Below, in pieces: positions 15,224-23,278 of a DNA stretch of 24,067 nt (its first letter is position 1; each line of letters begins with the position of its first letter). Origin of the DNA: Conexivisphaerales archaeon (lineage in GTDB: Archaea > Thermoproteota > Nitrososphaeria > Conexivisphaerales > DTJL01). The translations under genes and the position numbers were made by a program. The stretch covers positions 1 through 24,067 of the forward strand of contig JBEKZX010000020.1 in assembly GCA_049509455.1 (NCBI GenBank), in the 5' to 3' direction. The notes below the pieces were generated by a model, which was given only the letters and a program-made list of their open reading frames with translations, was not told the origin of the DNA and did no database searches.

Positions 15224-16420
15224 ATGTCAAGGAAGCTAATCCCATCTAGTTCCGGGGCCCTCGACGTGCTCGTAGTCGTCTTGGTCGTCGTCGCCGTCAG
15301 CTTCGTCGTGTATTCGGCCTCTGGGATGTTCATCGGCGTACTGGTGGCCGCGCTGTTCGGGCTAGCGACCTGGGCCCTCATGGTGTCCTCCAAGCCCTAC
15401 AGGCTGAGGAGCATCTTCGTGTTCGGCCTCACCGTGGCCATGTGGACGGCCTTCTTGGCTTTCATCGCCCAGCTGGGCCCCACCTACCTGATTAAATGGC
15501 TAAGCACACATCAGAGGGTCCCGCTGACGCCGAACCCCGTATCGGAAACAGGCTTCGTGTCGATTCTCTGCCCGTATCTGCTGCCGACTGCCATTGGTAA
15601 GTCCATTCACGTGACCATGCCCGTCTACATCACCTTCCTAACCACGTTCCCGCCCAACATCGGCCTGTTTTCCCTGATATTCCTCGCATATGCCGGCACC
15701 GCCTTCATTCTAGGGAAGGGATGGTGTGGCTGGCTTTGCCCATTCGGAGGGCTGGGAGAGGTGGTCCGCCAGCGGCACAGGCCTCTCAAAGCTTACAAGA
15801 AGTCGGTAAACTGGATTATGAAGTCTTCATGGGGGAAGGGCTTCGATGTCGAGGGCCGCGAGCCAGGCCAGATGCTCCGCGACGTGAAATATGCCTTCCT
15901 GGTCGTCACCGTCCTGCTGGCCCTCTTCTATTCGGTGCAGTGGTTCTGCGTGTTCTGCTGGGCCGGGATCTTGGGGTGGTTCAGGTCGTCTCTCAACATA
16001 GGCATCTTCGTGGGGATACTGGCTGTCCTGTTCCTCGGCCTCCCTCTCCTCAGCACCAAGAAGTGGTGCCATTCCATCTGCCCCGTGGGCGCCGGGCTGA
16101 GCCTGATGGACAGGGCTACGCCCTTCAGGATAACTATTGACGATGAAAAGTGCAACGAATGCTATGCCTGCCTCAACGTCTGCCCGACATTCGGGTTCGC
16201 GCGCCGCGCGAACGGCGGGGTGAGCGTCACCGACACCTGCGACAAATGCCTCGTCTGCGTCTATAAGTGCCCGACCAAAGCCATAGACCTACGTCTTTAC
16301 AACATCAAGACTGACGCCAAGAAGTTCCTCTTCCCGGCCGCGGTGGTGCTGGGCGCCTTCTGGTTCTACTGGTTCATCGTGGTGGCCTACAACCTGGTCG
16401 CGTTGGGGGCGCTTTTCTGA
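15224..16420 (+). CDS. NapH/MauN/RdxA-like polytopic membrane 4Fe-4S protein
   Basis: WCGWLCPFG and WCHSICPVG CxxxCP motifs, CVFC, and two CxxCxxCxxxCP ferredoxin motifs, with many TM helices. Confidence 0.88.
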   Translation: MSRKLIPSSSGALDVLVVVLVVVAVSFVVYSASGMFIGVLVAALFGLATWALMVSSKPYRLRSIFVFGLTVAMWTAFLAFIAQLGPTYLIKWLSTHQRVPLTPNPVSETGFVSILCPYLLPTAIGKSIHVTMPVYITFLTTFPPNIGLFSLIFLAYAGTAFILGKGWCGWLCPFGGLGEVVRQRHRPLKAYKKSVNWIMKSSWGKGFDVEGREPGQMLRDVKYAFLVVTVLLALFYSVQWFCVFCWAGILGWFRSSLNIGIFVGILAVLFLGLPLLSTKKWCHSICPVGAGLSLMDRATPFRITIDDEKCNECYACLNVCPTFGFARRANGGVSVTDTCDKCLVCVYKCPTKAIDLRLYNIKTDAKKFLFPAAVVLGAFWFYWFIVVAYNLVALGALF

Positions 16421-17112
16421 TGGGGCTGGATACTCTTGCCGCCGCGCTCCTCCTTGGTCTGAGCAGCGGAGTCCAGTGCACCGTGACATGCCTACCGCTC
16501 CTTCTCACTCAGCTCACGGCTGCAAAGAGGACCGTCAGGGACAACCTGCGGATCTCCCTTCTGTTTTCGCTGGGCAGACTGATGGTGTACTTTGCCATGG
16601 CCTACCTTCTGTACATCTCGTTCAGGGCGTTCAGTGGGACCCTCGGAAACCCGCTGTCGGAATCCCTTACGTCTGTCCTGATGGGCACGATCCTTATTTA
16701 CTATTGCGTCAAGGCGATCAGGAAGAAGGCCGCCACGAACTGCGGCGTTCGGACTCAGGGCAAACTCGCACACCTGCCGTTCACGAACTTCGCATTCAGG
16801 GCGAATCCCGGGAGGAACTCGACCTCGCTCTTGCTGGGAATAGTTTCAAGCATGAGCGTCTGCCTCCCTCTCGTGGCGCTCATCTCCCTCTCGGCAAACG
16901 CTGATCTGGCCACAGCCTTCTCGTCGGTCTCGCTGTTCTGGATCGGTTCTTCCGTCTACTCTGTGGGACTCGCCCTGACGCTGGCAGGGGTCTCGCGGAT
17001 AAGGATAGGAGCGTCCCTAAGCAGAAGGGTGGGCTTCATCGGAAGCCTCTCCGGCGTCATGCTTGGAGCGATCATGCTCTTGGCAGGTCTGAGCGCGCTG
17101 ACAATTCTTTAG
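16420..17112 (+). CDS. DsbD_2 / UreH-like (TauE/SafE-annotated) membrane protein
   Basis: GLSSGVQCTVTCLP CxxxC motif, SLGRL and about 6 hydrophobic helices. Start overlaps the upstream stop (TGATG). Confidence 0.75.
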   Translation: MGLDTLAAALLLGLSSGVQCTVTCLPLLLTQLTAAKRTVRDNLRISLLFSLGRLMVYFAMAYLLYISFRAFSGTLGNPLSESLTSVLMGTILIYYCVKAIRKKAATNCGVRTQGKLAHLPFTNFAFRANPGRNSTSLLLGIVSSMSVCLPLVALISLSANADLATAFSSVSLFWIGSSVYSVGLALTLAGVSRIRIGASLSRRVGFIGSLSGVMLGAIMLLAGLSALTIL

Positions 17113-17561
17113 AACAGCCGGGAGAAGACGTTGACATAATTCACCATGACGATCTGGAAGAAGAGGATCCCAACGTAGAAGCCGACGATGTAGATTATGG
17201 CGGCCCCGTTTCCCGTCGTGGCGTTCACATGCTGCCTCAGAGGGCATCCTTCCGCCAAGACTGAGAAGAAAGCGTAACCCAGCCCGCCGATCACCGCGAG
17301 GGTCAGGGTCGCGAGGGACCCCGCCCCCGGCTCGTTGTGCAACATCAGGGGAAAGTCGGCCATATAGGGCGAGAACCTGAAGAAGAGGAGGTAGCCTACC
17401 AGTGCTCCCAGGGCCATGCCGACGATGGTCCTCATGAAGAGCGTGTCCCTGAATAGGTAGAAGTCCCGGTAGCCCGAGATGGAGCAGGACTTCGACCGCT
17501 GCCAGAGGTAGCCTATCACGAAGCCGGCGGCGAGAGTGGCGAGGCCGATTTCAATAGTCAC
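17109..17561 (-). CDS. YeeE/YedE thiosulfate/sulfur-compound transporter, C-terminal half
   Basis: QRSKSC..G.RD and LAEGCPLRQH motifs. GTG 17561 overlaps the upstream stop (GTGA). Confidence 0.85.
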   Translation of the reverse strand: MTIEIGLATLAAGFVIGYLWQRSKSCSISGYRDFYLFRDTLFMRTIVGMALGALVGYLLFFRFSPYMADFPLMLHNEPGAGSLATLTLAVIGGLGYAFFSVLAEGCPLRQHVNATTGNGAAIIYIVGFYVGILFFQIVMVNYVNVFSRLF

Positions 17562-18025
17562 CGGCGGACCCTCCATTTGATGTAGTTAGACGACAGCACG
17601 ACGCCGGAGAGCATGCCGGCCAGCCCCACCAACGCGACGAAGCTCCCGTACGTCAAGGCCATTATGATATGCACCGAGCAGTAGCCGAGCGTCAGCCCGA
17701 ACATTGCTACAAAGAACCCATTGATGAAATGGTCGAGGGGATGCCTGGGCATCCTGAAGTTGAACTCCTTGTTGCGCAAGGTCGACAGCGAAGCCCCCAG
17801 CACGACGCCCACCACCGTCAGTATGGGGATGTCCAACGACGGGTCGTGGACGTAGAGCGTCGTCCCGACCAGATGGTTCACAATCCAGTCAATGAGATCA
17901 CTGGGGTGGCTGATAAAACAGATGCCGAACGCCGACGGTGGGGCGATGAAAAACACGGCTTGGGCCACGGCGGCCCATAGGCCTGTAACGAAACCTGCGA
18001 GGAGCTTATCTACTTTCATACGCAT
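17558..18025 (-). CDS. YeeE/YedE transporter, N-terminal half
   Basis: PPSAFGICFISHP, LTVVGVVLGA, EFNFR and LGYCS motifs; hydrophobic. Confidence 0.8.
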   Translation of the reverse strand: MRMKVDKLLAGFVTGLWAAVAQAVFFIAPPSAFGICFISHPSDLIDWIVNHLVGTTLYVHDPSLDIPILTVVGVVLGASLSTLRNKEFNFRMPRHPLDHFINGFFVAMFGLTLGYCSVHIIMALTYGSFVALVGLAGMLSGVVLSSNYIKWRVRR

Positions 18026-18030
18026 CCAAC

Positions 18031-18903
18031 CTATGACGTGTCGGCCACCTTTCTGACGGCCTCCCCGATGTGCTTCACGATCTCAAAGACCTGAGTGGCC
18101 GGCGTGGGGTTTGACATCTGCCCCGCCAGGCGATTGGCCCTGCCAGCTATGACGCAGGCGCGAATCGGCTCATACCCTCCTGAGATGAGAGCAGAGACCA
18201 TCCCGGTGATCGTGTCCCCGGTCCCACCGATGGGCTCCAGGGCAGGGATGTTGGGCTCAGAGATGGTGTACATAATCTTGCCGTCGTCGACGATGAAGTC
18301 CGTGGGCCCCTTGATGAGGAGATATCTAGGGGCATTGCCGGCGGCGTAGGCCTTCTCTATGAGCTTGGGCACTTCTGTCGTGTCGATTTCGAAGAGCATA
18401 GACTTTACGTAGGCCGGGTGGCCAGCTTGCGGATCGGCTAGGAAGCATATTTCGCCGGCGTCGGGCGTGAAGAGGTCGAACTTCCTGCATGCACCTGTGG
18501 CCTTCGCTATGAGCATCGAGCCGGCGTCGGCTATCATGAAGGGCCTCTTCTTCCAGTAGTCTAGCATTTCAGTGAACTCCATGAAGGGCTTCCTGATCGG
18601 AAGTATGTAATGCATGGTCACGGCGGTGGCGCCCAGCGCCCCGGCCTGCTCAGTGAGATATGCGTAGAGGGCGGCCGAACCGGCGCCCTGTCCCATATCA
18701 CCGGCCACCACCCCCATGGGTGCCTCTATGCCCAAAGCCTCGGCTGCCGTGGCGGAGGCGGCCATCATGGCCATTGCGCCTATGGAGCCCAGCTCCTTGG
18801 GGATGTATTTGTCTCCCAACGAGATGGACTTGCCGTCGTATTTTATCGTGCCGAAGATGAGGGAACTGTCCTCGACGGGGAGCGTCCCTGAAAGGAGGAG
18901 CAC
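18031..18903 (-). CDS. Ribokinase-fold (PfkB/YjeF_C-like) protein of the DUF3343-associated family
   Basis: IADAG, DLFTPDAGE, LLIKG and PIGGTGDTITG anion-hole motif. GTG start directly after the DUF3343 stop. Confidence 0.8.
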   Translation of the reverse strand: MLLLSGTLPVEDSSLIFGTIKYDGKSISLGDKYIPKELGSIGAMAMMAASATAAEALGIEAPMGVVAGDMGQGAGSAALYAYLTEQAGALGATAVTMHYILPIRKPFMEFTEMLDYWKKRPFMIADAGSMLIAKATGACRKFDLFTPDAGEICFLADPQAGHPAYVKSMLFEIDTTEVPKLIEKAYAAGNAPRYLLIKGPTDFIVDDGKIMYTISEPNIPALEPIGGTGDTITGMVSALISGGYEPIRACVIAGRANRLAGQMSNPTPATQVFEIVKHIGEAVRKVADTS

Positions 18904-19449
18904 CTATTTCATCTTCCTCCAGGCTTGCAGGGCGGCTTCGTACGCCTTCTGAAGAGTGTAGGCGCAGAGCGTGAAGCCCAGCTCATTGGGGGAAACGGCC
19001 TTGTCCAGCGGCTGGCCTATCATCCGCAGGGCAAGGAGGGGTATGTCCGGGCAGCCCCCTCCGGAGATGTTGACGATGACGCCCGAAGCCTTCTCGAAGG
19101 TAAGCTTCATGTTGCCGATGCGTATCATCAGGTATGGCCCGAAGTCGACCTTCTTAACGAGCTTGCTGACCTGCAGCGGAGGGAGGTCGCCTTCGGAGGC
19201 GAACACGACATCAAGTATGGGAATGCCGTCCGCGAGCAGCACCTTCTCAGCGGAATTGACCTGGTTGCTGGGGACGGACATGGCTATGTCGCATCCCGTC
19301 CGAACCTCTGGAGGGGGGGCGCCGGCTTTGGTGTCAAACCCGGCCCGCTTGAGGACGTGCTCGGCCCTCATGGCGTCCCTAAAGAGCTCGAAGAGGAAGA
19401 GAGACCTAGAAAGGCCGTATTGGTCGGTCCGCTTATGCGGGGAGGACAA
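18904..19449 (-). CDS. DUF3343 family protein with three conserved Cys
   Basis: APPPEVRTGCD, NISGGGCPDIP and GFTLCAYTL motifs; TTG start. Confidence 0.78.
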   Translation of the reverse strand: MSSPHKRTDQYGLSRSLFLFELFRDAMRAEHVLKRAGFDTKAGAPPPEVRTGCDIAMSVPSNQVNSAEKVLLADGIPILDVVFASEGDLPPLQVSKLVKKVDFGPYLMIRIGNMKLTFEKASGVIVNISGGGCPDIPLLALRMIGQPLDKAVSPNELGFTLCAYTLQKAYEAALQAWRKMK

Positions 19450-19480
19450 CTAATCGCTCACTACATCATCGAATCCGGCA

Positions 19481-19488
19481 GATATAAT
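19481..19488 (-). promoter_or_regulatory. TATA box for the DUF3343-kinase-YeeE operon
   Basis: Minus-strand ATTATATC, about 30-35 nt before TTG 19449. Confidence 0.55.
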
Positions 19489-19546
19489 CCTTTGAGCCGC
19501 ACACTACATTCAGCATGCTTATTCTAACTATCAGTCTTGGTTTGGA

Positions 19547-20038
19547 CTAGCAGGGGTCCGATCCGACTTTGGCCGCTTCGGGGTCCAGCCCCCTCAATGT
19601 CTCGGCCAGCCCCACGACGGCTGCCACCACGCTGGGCGTCGGCCTCCCCCTCATCTTCCTAACCTGAACGCCCAGGAGCATGACCCTGACGCCTTTCAGC
19701 TCCGACTCGATGACATGGGCGAGCACAGCCAGAGGGAACTTGTGCACCAAGAAGAACTTGACCTCCTGCGTAAGGAGGTCCTCGAGGACGACGGAGCCCG
19801 GATCCAGACCCCTGTCGACGGCGTTCACCATCAGGATGACCTCGGGCCTAGCCTCGAGCACCTCGGGAAGGAACTTCTCAGGGGCCGTTTCACAGAGGAG
19901 GATCTTCATGTTCGATACATTCCTGTGAAGCTTTTTAAAAAGAAGGGGGCCGGCGATGTCGTCACCCCAGTCGCTGCCCACACACATCACTATGGTCCGC
20001 CGGCCCTTGATGAGGCGGCGAATCTCTGCTGGATCCAT
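19547..20038 (-). CDS. Hydrogenase maturation endopeptidase (HycI-like)
   Basis: VGSDWGDDIAG, ETAPE, VNAVD, GS(V) and HKFPL motifs; last gene of the hydrogenase operon. Confidence 0.88.
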   Translation of the reverse strand: MDPAEIRRLIKGRRTIVMCVGSDWGDDIAGPLLFKKLHRNVSNMKILLCETAPEKFLPEVLEARPEVILMVNAVDRGLDPGSVVLEDLLTQEVKFFLVHKFPLAVLAHVIESELKGVRVMLLGVQVRKMRGRPTPSVVAAVVGLAETLRGLDPEAAKVGSDPC

Positions 20039-20051
20039 CGGAGAGCTACGG

Positions 20052-20918
20052 TCAGGCAGTCTGAGTGCTCGGGGCTATTTGCTTTGCGTCCTCCAGCATC
20101 GCTCTGTACATGGCCATGTAGTTGAAGGAGAATGGGCAGACCCCGGCGCATAGGTTGCATTCTGTGCAGGTCGCCATCTGTTCGGAAACGTACCTGATCT
20201 CGGGTTCCGTCAGCTTCCTCGTCCTGCGAATCTGGTAATACTTCCTCAGCTTCAGAACGGGGGCCTCCATCGGGTCCTTGTTGAACGCTTCGTAGGCGGG
20301 GCAGACCTCCACGCACCTTCCGCACTTTCCGCACGCAGAGGCGAAGGCCAGCATTCCAGTTCGCGAGTCCGGCTTGGTGAACCTCCAGTACAACGTGGCG
20401 ACGCCGTGTCTCACGGCCCCTCCTGCAAAGAAGGAGACCACGAGCCACACGTAGATCAGCATAAGGTGGAGTGTGCCAAGGTACGCGTAGCCTTGACCCG
20501 TGAAGCTGGAGATGGTTACGAACCCGAAGACCTCTAGTGCCTGCACAATGCCCACTACGGCTATCGGAAACAGGAACACAAGGTCCACGAAGAAGACCTT
20601 GCCATAGGCCAGCCTGAATGCCGGGTTCCGGGCATAGCGCCACAGGAGCCCTATCCCTCCCGCCAGGATCAGCAGGCCGGTGATGCCATGAATCCATGAA
20701 ATCACCCATCCGTATCCTCCGAACACCTCCGCCGTGCCGGCGACGAGGAACGGAACCTCCATGCACAAGCCGGTGATGATGTTGCCCCAGAGGCCCAGGT
20801 GAAACGCAAAATCGCTCAGCCCGACCTTGAGACTTCTCGAGAAGAGCAGATCCAGAAGTCCCGGCTTCTTAGCATGAAGTGAAGATAGCTTGTATCTTTC
20901 AGCCTTGCTCTTTGCCAT
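20052..20918 (-). CDS. NarI/HdrE-like di-heme cytochrome b fused to an HdrC-like 2x[4Fe-4S] domain
   Basis: Four intramembrane His (AFHL, WIHG, TLHL, VRHG), then CGKCGRCVEVCP and CTECNLCAGVCP. Confidence 0.82.
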   Translation of the reverse strand: MAKSKAERYKLSSLHAKKPGLLDLLFSRSLKVGLSDFAFHLGLWGNIITGLCMEVPFLVAGTAEVFGGYGWVISWIHGITGLLILAGGIGLLWRYARNPAFRLAYGKVFFVDLVFLFPIAVVGIVQALEVFGFVTISSFTGQGYAYLGTLHLMLIYVWLVVSFFAGGAVRHGVATLYWRFTKPDSRTGMLAFASACGKCGRCVEVCPAYEAFNKDPMEAPVLKLRKYYQIRRTRKLTEPEIRYVSEQMATCTECNLCAGVCPFSFNYMAMYRAMLEDAKQIAPSTQTA

Positions 20919-20919
20919 C

Positions 20920-21855
20920 TTAGTTCACCTTTTTCTCCTCTTTCTTGGCGACCAACGGCTTCTCTTCCCCCTTGTTGTCACGCCACCTCAGCGCGAAGAA
21001 GGCCACTCCGGCAAGCAGGGGAATCCAGGCGAGCCGTATCCAGTGCTCGGCCGTCGAGTAAAGCTTGTTCTGGTTGGGGTATGCGGACTTGATGACCGTG
21101 ACCTCGGGTGAAGTGGAGAATGCCTTGAACTCGGCGGCGGTGACTACGTAGAAGGTGGAGGTATCGTTCTGATAGAGGAGCGTCGCGTCAGTGCCAGTGG
21201 TTTGGTTCAGCGTCTGGACGACCTTCTGACCCAGCGTGACCATGTCCGAGTACGAGCCCCAATTCTTCGAGACCATCTTGGGGAAGGCGGTCGCGAGCGC
21301 AGGCGACATCTGCCCGGGGCATACCTGGACGCAGAAGGGCGCGGTGTCGCTGGTCTCCGTGAACTTGGCGCAATGGTCGCACTTCAAAATCTTCCTATTT
21401 GCGTTGTCTGTCGTTATCGACCCGAAGGGGCATACTGTGGTGCACAAATAGCAACCGATGCACATGTCGGCATCGTAGGTGACGGTGCCTGTAGCCTGCT
21501 GCGTCAAGGCGTGCGTCTGGCAGACTGTGGCGCACGGGGCGTTGATGCAGTGGAGGCAGTTCTGAGCTATGGGCATTGTCCCGTAGGGGGGTTGAGTAAC
21601 TACCTTGGTGTAGGCGTTGGCCGTCGGCCATGTTGTTCCGGTGTGCAGGCTGAGGTTCGGCGCGCTCAAGCCGCTGTGATACTGCTCGTCGGCGAAAACG
21701 CAATGGTCGCAGCCGATGCAGTTCGGCACAACGATGAGCATGGCGTTCTTGGGTGTGCTGGCCTGTAGCAGCTTGGGTGCCGTCGCGGCCGTGACTACCA
21801 GAAGGCTGCCACCAGCGGCGACCGTCTTCAGGAAACTCCTTCTGTCCATGTTCAT
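20920..21855 (-). CDS. Tat-exported HybA/FdnH/DmsB-like four-cluster ferredoxin with C-terminal membrane anchor
   Basis: DRRSFLK twin-arginine signal, four Cys motifs, C-terminal WIRLAWIPLLAGVAFFALRW helix; GGAGGT RBS. Confidence 0.9.
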   Translation of the reverse strand: MNMDRRSFLKTVAAGGSLLVVTAATAPKLLQASTPKNAMLIVVPNCIGCDHCVFADEQYHSGLSAPNLSLHTGTTWPTANAYTKVVTQPPYGTMPIAQNCLHCINAPCATVCQTHALTQQATGTVTYDADMCIGCYLCTTVCPFGSITTDNANRKILKCDHCAKFTETSDTAPFCVQVCPGQMSPALATAFPKMVSKNWGSYSDMVTLGQKVVQTLNQTTGTDATLLYQNDTSTFYVVTAAEFKAFSTSPEVTVIKSAYPNQNKLYSTAEHWIRLAWIPLLAGVAFFALRWRDNKGEEKPLVAKKEEKKVN

Positions 21856-21858
21856 CTT

Positions 21859-23271
21859 CTAATTACCTCCTATCACTCTTTTCACTTTGCCATCCGCGCC
21901 CAACAGCTCGACCTTCAGCGCCCTTTCGAGGTGCGTGGCGCAAGAGATGCATGGGTCGTAGGCCCTTATGACCAAGCCCACTTCATGCCACAGGTTGTCT
22001 TCGTTGACCTTGCCTGGGCTGACGTTCCTGTTTGCCGCGCTCCAGAGCGATGCTTCGAAGCCGTTAGCGTTGATTACCGTGGGAGTTATGATGTTGGCCT
22101 TGGTGATGTAACCTTCGTCGTTCCACTTGTAGTGGTGGATGACCGTGCCCCTTGCGGCTTCACAGGAGCCGGCCCCTTCACCCGCCTTCATCTTGAAGGG
22201 TGTCTTGAGCTCTCCCTGCGTAATCGAGGAGTCCGAAAGCAGCTGCTCCAGCCTCTCCGCGGCGAAGACGAGACAGACGTACCTGGCGAGGTCGTACTGC
22301 AGCGTGCCGTGCACCGGGGAGCCATATTTCCCTTTCAGTTCCTTCAAGAGCTTGTCGGCCACTTCGGTACCGGTCTTCTTGGAGATGTTGACACGCGCTA
22401 GGGGTCCCGTGCGAACGAAGGACTTGTCCTTGGGCTGTCCTTTCACCGTAACGCTCTTTCCGAAGGAGTAGGGCAGGGGCTCCTCTGATATCTGGTTCAT
22501 GTAGTCGCCTACCTTGAATTCGGAGATCTTGGCGCCCGTCTTGTCAATGATGGAGATGTCTCCCCTGTAAAAGCTCATGGTCCCGGAGTCGCTCATGCCG
22601 AGGTAGCTCGACTCGACCTTGCCCAGCTCAATGTTGTCGTCTACGAACTTTTCGTAGATAGGGGCGATGACCGCGTCGTACCAGCCGATGACGTTCTTCT
22701 TCGCCTCGAGGAGGTAGCCGAGAAGCTTCTTTCTGGTGTCCTCGTCGAATCCCCTGTTAATCCCGCCTGGGACTGCGGTCATGGGGTGGACGGCCTGGAC
22801 GCCGATGGTCTCTATGATCTTCTGTCCCACGGCCCGTGTGTAAACGACCTGCTTGACCACCTCAGGGAACTTCCTGTAAACTCCTATGATATCGCGCTGC
22901 TTGAATGGAAGCTCCGGAAGGAGGAAGTCGGGTCCAGCGAGGATGAAGGTATGAAGAGTGTGGTCCCCCAAGATCTCGCCCATCAGCATCAGCTCCCTGA
23001 GCTTCTCTGCCCGCTCGGGTAGCTCGAGGCCCAGCCCGTCGTCGATGGCCTTCGCACTGGCCAAGTGGTGGGGAATCGGGCAGACCCCACAAATCCTGGT
23101 TACGATTATGGGGGCCCTGTGCACCAGCCTGCCTTCCAAGAACTTCTCAAAGCCCCTGAACTCGGCAAAGTCTGCGAGCGTCTTCGTTACCTTCCCCTTC
23201 TGATCTAGCTGCACCCTTACGTTGAGGTGCCCTTCTATTCGTGTGACCGGATCGATTTCAATTTGACTCAT
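21859..23271 (-). CDS. [NiFe]-hydrogenase large subunit, group 3 (HoxH/MvhA-like)
   Basis: IDPVTRIEGH, RGFE, L1 RICGVCPIPH, EAARG and L2 YDPCISCATH followed by a cleavable C-terminal tail; GGGTGA RBS. Confidence 0.97.
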   Translation of the reverse strand: MSQIEIDPVTRIEGHLNVRVQLDQKGKVTKTLADFAEFRGFEKFLEGRLVHRAPIIVTRICGVCPIPHHLASAKAIDDGLGLELPERAEKLRELMLMGEILGDHTLHTFILAGPDFLLPELPFKQRDIIGVYRKFPEVVKQVVYTRAVGQKIIETIGVQAVHPMTAVPGGINRGFDEDTRKKLLGYLLEAKKNVIGWYDAVIAPIYEKFVDDNIELGKVESSYLGMSDSGTMSFYRGDISIIDKTGAKISEFKVGDYMNQISEEPLPYSFGKSVTVKGQPKDKSFVRTGPLARVNISKKTGTEVADKLLKELKGKYGSPVHGTLQYDLARYVCLVFAAERLEQLLSDSSITQGELKTPFKMKAGEGAGSCEAARGTVIHHYKWNDEGYITKANIITPTVINANGFEASLWSAANRNVSPGKVNEDNLWHEVGLVIRAYDPCISCATHLERALKVELLGADGKVKRVIGGN

Positions 23272-23278
23272 TTCTTGT

